From an uncultured Nitrososphaerota archaeon (GTDB taxonomy: Archaea > Thermoproteota > EX4484-205 > JAAOZO01), in contig CAYOYV010000023.1 of assembly GCA_964408285.1 (NCBI GenBank), forward strand, positions 1 through 11,504: a DNA stretch of 11,504 nucleotides. The letters run 5' to 3'. Numbering within the stretch: position 1 is the stretch's first letter; each line of letters starts with the position of its first letter. The position numbers and the translations under genes are program-made. Positions 1 through 6,369 of the stretch are shown here, one piece after another. The notes beneath the pieces were generated by a model, which saw only the letters and a program-made list of their open reading frames with translations, ran no database searches and was not told the origin of the DNA.

Positions 1-790
1 TGTCTCCTATCGGGAAAAGGCCGTACATCTGGTACATATCCACCGCAGCAGGAGATAGTTGCTCTGTCTCCCAAGGAAGTTTGGCCTCCAAGTAGGCCTC
101 ACTCTTCCAATATTCCTGAGCGTTGTTCTCGATCCACCTGTCAATGAGAGGATAGGCATCCCTTCCCTTGTTCAGGAATTGTGTCATCCAGATGCAGTGG
201 TTGAATCCAGCGATCCGGGCTTGAACGTCTTCCGGATTCAGACGCAGAGAATCTACTATGCGCTCGTATCCGAAATGCCCGTGACATACTCCGATTACCC
301 TTATTCTGGTTTCTCTACCTATCAGAGTCGTGCCCTCGAATACGGGATTTGCAGTCTCGATCAGCCAAGCATTTGGGCAGAGCTTTTCCATGTCCTCGGC
401 TAGGTCCAAGAAGAACCGCAATTGATGGTACGCACCAATGCCCCCATAGTAGTCGCTCACTCTGTCTCCAATCCCCCCGTTATAGCCATAGCGGCCAGCA
501 ATACTTCGCTCAGCTTCCATACCCTTGTAGCCGCCGACTTTAACTGAGCAGATGACAAAGTCAGCATCCTCCAAGGCGTTTCTTCTGCTTGTGGTGACTT
601 TGAATCGCAGATCAGCATTTGTTTCCTTCATATAGCGTTTCGCGAAATCGAGAACCATAGCGAGGCGGTCCTTGTCTATATCCATTAGGGCAACGGTGCT
701 TCCAGAGAGGCTTTTCGTCAGACACAGATCCCGCAAGAGATCTGCAGAGAAGACAATGCTGCCAGCTCCTATGATTGTTATCTGGACCAT
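1..790 (-). CDS. Family 4 glycoside hydrolase (NAD+/Mn2+-dependent alpha-glucosidase/alpha-galactosidase, Thermotoga AglA-like); 3' end runs off the window
   Basis: Not in the ORF track because there is no stop in the window. Translated by hand from ATG 790 (alternative in-frame ATG 814), it is open for 263 codons: MVQITIIGAGSIVFSADLLRDLCLTKSLSGSTVALMDIDKDRL...DADFVICSVKVGG...YGYNGGIGDRVSDYY...CPNAWLIETANPVFEGTTL...IGVCHGH...AGFNHCIW...DAYPLIDRWI...QLSPAAVDMYQMYGLFPIGD. It shows the Rossmann GAGS motif, the LMDID motif, ANP, the metal Cys in CHGH and the metal His in GFNH, all GH4 hallmarks. Confidence 0.93.
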   Translation of the reverse strand, partial: MVQITIIGAGSIVFSADLLRDLCLTKSLSGSTVALMDIDKDRLAMVLDFAKRYMKETNADLRFKVTTSRRNALEDADFVICSVKVGGYKGMEAERSIAGRYGYNGGIGDRVSDYYGGIGAYHQLRFFLDLAEDMEKLCPNAWLIETANPVFEGTTLIGRETRIRVIGVCHGHFGYERIVDSLRLNPEDVQARIAGFNHCIWMTQFLNKGRDAYPLIDRWIENNAQEYWKSEAYLEAKLPWETEQLSPAAVDMYQMYGLFPIGD

Positions 791-813
791 GGGGTTTGCT
801 TGGGTGCTTTCCA

Positions 814-834
814 TTTTAAGTATTGAGGTCAATA
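814..834 (-). promoter_or_regulatory. Putative archaeal TATA box (CTTAAAA, 820..814) for the GH4 gene, with an adjacent palindrome TATTGA-GG-TCAATA (821-834)
   Basis: The AT-rich box lies 24-30 nt upstream of ATG 790. A perfect 6-bp inverted repeat abuts it on the upstream (BRE) side. Confidence 0.45.
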
Positions 835-947
835 GGAAGACATTAGCTTCGTTCTGTCAGAATTGGACATCCCGCATGGCAAATCGCTCCCTGTGAATTG
901 CGATGATATCTCCCCGAGAAGACCTGCGAAGGGCGAATTGGGCGAGA

Positions 948-2009
948 CTATCGTGCCTCATAGTAGTTCATGTACAATTCAAGAGCTTCACAGAGAGCAT
1001 CTATGTTTCCAAGAGGCACATGTGGATATATGCCCGAGGTCAACATGAGTCCTCCTTCCTTGGATCCGAGCTTAAGGACAATATCTCTGATGTGATTGAA
1101 TATCATCTCTCGAGTTCCGTACGGCAATATGCGTTGTCTATCGATATCCAAGTCCACACAGACCCTCCCCTTCAGATTCATGACAATATTGTCCAATCCG
1201 TTCACAAGGTCCTGGACATTCAGGATTGACACACCTGCCTCAAGCAGGCTGTCAGTAACTTCCATCACATGGCCATCAGTGTGAAGATGCACCCTGACCC
1301 CGGAATCCCTGAGTCTTCTGAAGAATTTTCGATATGATGGGTAGATGAATTCTCTGAACTTCGTCTCACTCATTGGCATTCTGTCTTGCATGCCGAGGTC
1401 GTCTCCGAAATAGACTATGTCCGGCCTGAACGTAAGGATCCTTTCGATTATCTGCAGATAATATTCCGTCATCATTTCTATGAGTCTGTGGAGCTCAGGC
1501 GAATCTGTGGCGATATCTCTCATGAGATTCACGAATCCCCTGATGTAGGTGAGCCTCAGATAGAAGAATCCGTGGCCCAAACTAATGCCTACCGCCATTC
1601 CATTTCGCCGAGCATCGTCTACGGAATGCTCTATCGACTCCCAGCTCGTCATTTCTCTTCCGCCCTCCTGAACGATGCCATGATCTGGATTCGGCAGCTT
1701 GTAATCCTTCATGCTATTCCAATTCTCGAGCGGATGCTTCACCACTTGTCCCTGGAGTCCATCGGCCTCGAATGACCAGACGCAGTCCCAGGGATCGACA
1801 AGGATGTTTCCTTTCCTCCGATTGCCGAACTCGTCGAACTTGACTGTTCCCCTCTGGAAGGATGGGAAAAGCTTCGGGTGTCTCAATACGACATCCTCCA
1901 ACCTCTCCCTATATTTGCTCCAAATGGGCTGGGACATTGAAACACTACAGGGTATCCAACCGCATCCCCTCATGTCCATTACGCACAAGTGCCTCTCCGT
2001 CAGTGCCAT
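948..2009 (-). CDS. Uroporphyrinogen decarboxylase (URO-D)/MtaA-CmuA superfamily TIM-barrel protein, not a true HemE
   Basis: ORF 948..2051. The likelier start is ATG 2009 (MALTERHL..., 353 aa). Family motifs include DPWDCVW, YKLPNPD, YIRGFVNLMRD, FGDDLGMQDRMPMS..FREFIYPSY, HLHTDGHV, DIDRQRILPYGT and the C-terminal GGLMLTSGIYPHVPLGNIDALCEA. Confidence 0.88.
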   Translation of the reverse strand: MALTERHLCVMDMRGCGWIPCSVSMSQPIWSKYRERLEDVVLRHPKLFPSFQRGTVKFDEFGNRRKGNILVDPWDCVWSFEADGLQGQVVKHPLENWNSMKDYKLPNPDHGIVQEGGREMTSWESIEHSVDDARRNGMAVGISLGHGFFYLRLTYIRGFVNLMRDIATDSPELHRLIEMMTEYYLQIIERILTFRPDIVYFGDDLGMQDRMPMSETKFREFIYPSYRKFFRRLRDSGVRVHLHTDGHVMEVTDSLLEAGVSILNVQDLVNGLDNIVMNLKGRVCVDLDIDRQRILPYGTREMIFNHIRDIVLKLGSKEGGLMLTSGIYPHVPLGNIDALCEALELYMNYYEAR

Positions 2010-2147
2010 CGTGGTTAGGGCTTTGTCCTGATAGAAGAAAAGCCTTAGCATACTCCTAATATTGCACCATGGTGAACATCGATCTCCGACAATTCGCCGG
2101 ACTGATTGTCAACTCCAAGATCAAAGTTGAAATCTGCAGAATCAAAC

Positions 2148-2175
2148 AATAAATACGACATATGGAATACGGAGG
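2148..2175 (+). promoter_or_regulatory. Putative TATA box (AATAAATA 2148-2155) and SD-like GGAGG (2171-2175) upstream of GTG 2179
   Basis: The AT-rich box is 24-31 nt before the start codon, and GGAGG ends 3 nt before the GTG. Confidence 0.45.
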
Positions 2176-2178
2176 GAA

Positions 2179-4239
2179 GTGCCTCAGGTGCTGGATCTAG
2201 ATATCCTAGAAGGAACCATAATCTCATCAAGGATGGGGCTGGTCTTTTCCGATGGCCCCTACTCGTATTGTCTGTCGGGATCCGTTGGAGGCGAACCCAT
2301 TGCCGAGATGACATCGGCCCATAGGAGAGTCACAAAGAGACAGGGCGAAACCATCGTCTGGGGGGACTTCCCGGGCCTCTCGATTGAGTTTACACAAATC
2401 CTGAGGGAGATCGACTTGGGTCTCGAAGAAACCATCACGTTGAGGAACAAGGGCACGCAAGCCGTGAGACTTGGACAGATCAAGTTTGGTTTTGTCGCGA
2501 ACCTCGGCAACCGTCCAGAATGGCGCTTGTGCGCGATTCCCTTCAGGATTCAACTTGATGGAAGTACGCATGACTACTCAGGCGAGGCCTTGATCAGAGG
2601 CGAGTTCCACAATTCGGTGTACGCGGACAAGTCGCGTCCTGAGCCGGCCCTGGTGGACTCCGGTTCGCTATGGTCAGAGGCCTGGGCGTGGGGTCCAAGT
2701 GATCGAGGGCTTGTGATTGTCAAACACAACGACGATGCAATTGAGCTTTCAGTTGCCGCTCCCAGCAAGCAAGACAACGAGACGTTATTGCGTTTCGGAG
2801 GGGTAGGATTCTCGTTGTATGGGGAGCCCTCAATCGCCAATCGGCTCGCTCCAGGTGGGGAGGTCACTTTCGGTACGACTATATATACTCCCTACGAAGG
2901 TGGGCTCACTCAGGCTTACAAATGCTATCGCGATTTCCTTGATTCGAAGGGGCATACATTCCCTCAGAACTACAACCCACCAGTGCACTGGAACGAGCTC
3001 TACGATGTCGGTTGGTATCATTCGGACACTGGAAAGCTCAAGCGATACTACACAAGGGAGGCTCTCCTGCATGAAGCCGAGAAGGCGCGGAAGTGCGGAT
3101 GTGAGTCACTTTACTTGGACCCCGGTTGGGAAGTCGCCGAAGGAACTACCTTGTGGGACGAGTCGCGCTTGGGAACGATATCCTCGTTTGCAGAGACTCT
3201 GAGAGTGGAATACGGCCTGGGTTTGGCATTCCGAACCATTCTGCGTTGTTACAGGGACCATTGGCCACGCGAGTATCTGATTCAGCATAATCCAAAGGAT
3301 CCGTCCAGAGGATCGATCAGATGGGATGATCAGGAGCTTTGGGAGTTGTGTCTATGCAATCCAGTACTCATGAGGGAGAAAGTCAAGCGCATTCTTGACA
3401 TTGCAAAGCATGGCGTCTGTTTCATCATGTTCGACGAGATGGATTGGCGCGGTCCATGTTACGACTCTAAACATGAGCATCAAGTGCCTACCACTCCCCT
3501 AGACCATGTGCTGGCTGTATATCGAATGGCCCGAGAGGTACGCAGCCAATGCCCCGGCCTTCTGATCGAAGCACATGATCCAGTTTGGCCCTGGCACACG
3601 TCAATCTATGTTCCAACATATTTTCAACAGGGATTCGGTGAAAAGGGCGCGCGTGATGAGAATTGGGGATTCGAATACATGTGGAAATGCCTTGACGACT
3701 TGAAATCTGGAAGGGCACTCGCTCTTTACTACTACAATCTCGGCTGCAACATCCCACTCTATCTGCACATTACAATGGCAGCTGATAATGACAACTGCCT
3801 GTTTTTCTGGTGGGCTGCCTCGACGATCAGGCATCTCGGGATCGGTGGGAAGGCCAGCAACAAAACTATCGAGCCATCACCAGGACTGGCACCTTTCGAT
3901 TCCGAGAAGCGCTTCGCAGCCTACCAAGGGCAGATGGGGATCTATATCAGCCTTAAGCCATACTTCGCGCGGGGGGATTTCCATGGGATTGCTGAAAACA
4001 TTCACCTACATACTCTCCAAGAGAAGAAAGGCGGAGTTGTGAACTTGTTCAACACGAAGGAGGATGAGAACGAGTTCAGATTCTTCATCTCGGAGCAATC
4101 ACTGGGCGGGAGAAATCTCGCCGTGGAAGGTGCGGAAGCTAGCTGGACCGAAGATGGTGTTGTCCTGCGGCTGAAATTGGCCGCGATGAGCCCGGCTCTG
4201 GTATGCATTGGCGATGCAGTCCGCGAGAGATGCCAATAG
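2179..4239 (+). CDS. Divergent clan GH-D (GH36/melibiase-like) glycoside hydrolase-like protein
   Basis: 686-aa ORF with a beta-rich N-terminal region. It is followed by PPVHWNELY...EALLHEAEKARKCGCESLYLDPGWE (compare GH36 P..xNSW...A..lG.e.fvlDDGW), then GVCFIMFD (compare GvdyiKwD, nucleophile Asp), LLIEAH (compare v.iEnC) and a short C-terminal beta-sandwich (GGVVNLFN...). No signal peptide is evident. Confidence 0.7.
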   Translation: MPQVLDLDILEGTIISSRMGLVFSDGPYSYCLSGSVGGEPIAEMTSAHRRVTKRQGETIVWGDFPGLSIEFTQILREIDLGLEETITLRNKGTQAVRLGQIKFGFVANLGNRPEWRLCAIPFRIQLDGSTHDYSGEALIRGEFHNSVYADKSRPEPALVDSGSLWSEAWAWGPSDRGLVIVKHNDDAIELSVAAPSKQDNETLLRFGGVGFSLYGEPSIANRLAPGGEVTFGTTIYTPYEGGLTQAYKCYRDFLDSKGHTFPQNYNPPVHWNELYDVGWYHSDTGKLKRYYTREALLHEAEKARKCGCESLYLDPGWEVAEGTTLWDESRLGTISSFAETLRVEYGLGLAFRTILRCYRDHWPREYLIQHNPKDPSRGSIRWDDQELWELCLCNPVLMREKVKRILDIAKHGVCFIMFDEMDWRGPCYDSKHEHQVPTTPLDHVLAVYRMAREVRSQCPGLLIEAHDPVWPWHTSIYVPTYFQQGFGEKGARDENWGFEYMWKCLDDLKSGRALALYYYNLGCNIPLYLHITMAADNDNCLFFWWAASTIRHLGIGGKASNKTIEPSPGLAPFDSEKRFAAYQGQMGIYISLKPYFARGDFHGIAENIHLHTLQEKKGGVVNLFNTKEDENEFRFFISEQSLGGRNLAVEGAEASWTEDGVVLRLKLAAMSPALVCIGDAVRERCQ

Positions 4240-4365
4240 AGTGACTTCGCGAGGCATTCCCCAATGGCATTCCAGAACGTTTTCATCTGGCCAAAAAAAG
4301 TGAACGCGCTATCCTCTTTGACCTTTCCGGTCCCGCGGACTGAATTCACACGAACGCCGAACCGA

Positions 4366-4379
4366 CGAAAAGATATAAT
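4366..4379 (+). promoter_or_regulatory. Putative BRE + TATA (CGAAAA GATATAAT) for the S9 peptidase
   Basis: A purine-rich BRE-like run directly precedes a TATA-like box lying 24-31 nt upstream of ATG 4403, which is leaderless geometry. Confidence 0.6.
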
Positions 4380-4402
4380 GCCGAGATGAGCTCCCACGAT
4401 CC

Positions 4403-6247
4403 ATGTCAGACATGCTTGAAGCACTGCTATGCTTGCCGCGGGTCTACAACTTCAGGGTGTCGCCGGACCAGAGGCATGTTGCCTTCACATGGGGTAACGT
4501 TCACGAGAACATAGACGTTTTCATCGCGCCAACCAATGCCTCATTGCCTCCGACCTACCTGACTAAGACTCCTGAAGCGACAGTCCTCGTTGATTGGACA
4601 AGCGACTCCGGCCACCTTATCGTCAGAGAGGACAAAGGAAGGAACGAGCGAGCAAGGTTGTTCCGGGTGGCAATCGGCGAACCCGGGGTCATGTATCCTC
4701 TAACAATGGAAGACCCTCCATTCTTCCTGAGGGGTGGTGTCCTGCACCCTAACAACAAGTGGTTGGTATATGGGGCGAATTACGACTTCAGTTCTGGATG
4801 TCCTCAAGAGGCGACGTGGATTTACCGCCATGATCTCGAGACGGGGGAGCTGGTGGCTCTGGCGCGGCCTGAGAAACCCGCCTATGTTGATCTTTCATTG
4901 AATAAGACTGGCGGGCAAGTGCTCTACAATCGGAAAGATCTAGATCCCTCAGGCGAGCAGTTGTGGCTTACAAATACCGATGGAACTGATGACCGGGAGA
5001 TTCTGAATTTCGGGCCAATCGGGAAGGCCGAAGGTGTCTGGGCTGCTGACGGAAGGCACATCGTGTTCACGACAGATATGAGGCGAGGTGAGCGACTAAG
5101 CCAGAAGGCAGTCGGGCGCTATAGTACGGAGACTGCTGAGATCGAGTGGCTAGTTGAGGATCCGAAGCGGAGCATAGAATACGTGCATTGCCCAAGGCAA
5201 CGAAATGTGGCAGTGTTAATTGAAGTTCGTGAGGCCAGGCGGAAGGAATCCATCATTGACCTCGACAATTTGGAGGAGCATCGCCTTCCTGAGTTGAGGG
5301 GAACACTTTCGCTTGGGTCTCCTCTAGAAGGCAATGAGTGGATAGGCCTATACTCATCTTCGACCCAGCCGGATGAGCTGGTCAGGTTCGACGTGACGAA
5401 TGTGGACCCCGCCTCGTTCGTATCCATAACTAGAGTCTGGGAAGTGACCCGCCTAAGGGCCAAGGACTTCGCGCCTGCGGAGGAATTCAAGTGGAGCAGC
5501 GTCGACGGAATCGAGATAAAGGGATGGCTCTACCGGTCGAGGCGACAAACGCAACGTGCAGTTATCCACGTCCATGGAGGGCCTACATTCCATAGTGAGG
5601 ATGCGATTGACCCTCTAATCCAGATCCTGTGCGCCAACGGATTCAATGTCCTGGATCCCAACTATCGGGGGAGTACTGGCTACGGAATCGCTTTTCGTGA
5701 ACTGATCAAGGAGGACGGCTGGGGCGGAAAAGAACAGGACGACATCATCTGGGGAGCAAGGGCCCTCATACGGGCAGGCCTTGCCGCTCCCGGTCGGATC
5801 GGGATCAGCGGAACATCCTACGGGGGATATAGTTCTTGGGTGGCCATAACCAGATACCCACGAGACCTGATGGCTGCGGCTGCCCCGATCTGCGGAATGA
5901 CAGACCTAGTCGTGGACTACGAAACGACTAGACCTGATCTGCGTCCATATAGTGAGGAGATGATGGGAGGTTCTCCAGACAATATTCCTGAGAAGTACCA
6001 TGAACGTTCTCCGATCAACTTCGTCGAGAACATCAAAGGGAATCTCCTCATCGTGCAGGGAGCAAGAGATCCGAACGTGACGCCGGCGAATGTTGAGCAA
6101 GTGGAGAGAAAGCTGAAAGAAGCCAAGATACAGTACGAAAAGCTAGTGTTCGAGGATGAGGGACACGGCATCTTGAAGCCGAGAAATCAAAGAATCCTGT
6201 ACCAGGCGCTCCTCAGATTCTTCGGTGTTGCTCTCGGACCCGCCTAA
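4403..6247 (+). CDS. S9 family serine peptidase (acylaminoacyl-peptidase/dipeptidyl aminopeptidase-like)
   Basis: 614 aa with an N-terminal TolB-like beta-propeller (SPDQRHVAF, WAADGRHIVF). The C-terminal alpha/beta-hydrolase has HVHGGP, PNYRGSTGYG, nucleophile GTSYGG (Ser codon 5816-5818), QGARDPNV (Asp 6068-6070) and EDEGHG (His 6164-6166), so the triad is intact. No signal peptide. Confidence 0.95.
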   Translation: MSDMLEALLCLPRVYNFRVSPDQRHVAFTWGNVHENIDVFIAPTNASLPPTYLTKTPEATVLVDWTSDSGHLIVREDKGRNERARLFRVAIGEPGVMYPLTMEDPPFFLRGGVLHPNNKWLVYGANYDFSSGCPQEATWIYRHDLETGELVALARPEKPAYVDLSLNKTGGQVLYNRKDLDPSGEQLWLTNTDGTDDREILNFGPIGKAEGVWAADGRHIVFTTDMRRGERLSQKAVGRYSTETAEIEWLVEDPKRSIEYVHCPRQRNVAVLIEVREARRKESIIDLDNLEEHRLPELRGTLSLGSPLEGNEWIGLYSSSTQPDELVRFDVTNVDPASFVSITRVWEVTRLRAKDFAPAEEFKWSSVDGIEIKGWLYRSRRQTQRAVIHVHGGPTFHSEDAIDPLIQILCANGFNVLDPNYRGSTGYGIAFRELIKEDGWGGKEQDDIIWGARALIRAGLAAPGRIGISGTSYGGYSSWVAITRYPRDLMAAAAPICGMTDLVVDYETTRPDLRPYSEEMMGGSPDNIPEKYHERSPINFVENIKGNLLIVQGARDPNVTPANVEQVERKLKEAKIQYEKLVFEDEGHGILKPRNQRILYQALLRFFGVALGPA

Positions 6248-6313
6248 CGCGTCAGGTCTACCTATCGCATCGCGCACCCTCTGCAGGCGTCAATTCGAAT
6301 CGAGGAATTGCTC

Positions 6314-6365
6314 CGAAGTTTAATAAGCCATAAGAGACAGCCTTCCAGAAAGACTCTCGAGGCGG
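6314..6365 (+). promoter_or_regulatory. Putative BRE/TATA (CGAAG TTTAATAA, TATA 6319-6326) and SD-like GAGGCGG (6359-6365) for ORF 6370
   Basis: Good TATA consensus, implying a leader of about 20 nt that contains an SD-like sequence 4 nt before ATG 6370. Confidence 0.5.
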
Positions 6366-6369
6366 GACG

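Noticed and set aside
465-480. Possible frameshift in GH4 at the C6 run (473-478)
   Set aside because: A recount shows the frame is preserved (AAC GGG GGG ATT GGA GAC), and GH4 motifs continue in frame to the window edge.
948-2009. Annotation as hemE
   Set aside because: It lacks the HemE RQAGR motif, and no heme or tetrapyrrole genes are nearby.
59-2059. Plus-strand ORFs of 60-130 aa (59..403, 349..543, 672..896, 903..1229, 1386..1775, etc.)
   Set aside because: They are antisense shadows of the well-supported GH4 and URO-D-like genes and have no recognisable motifs.
4253-4273. Direct repeat GGCATTCC x2 after the GH36-like stop
   Set aside because: Only two 8-bp copies, compatible with chance. 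There is no array or target-site-duplication context.
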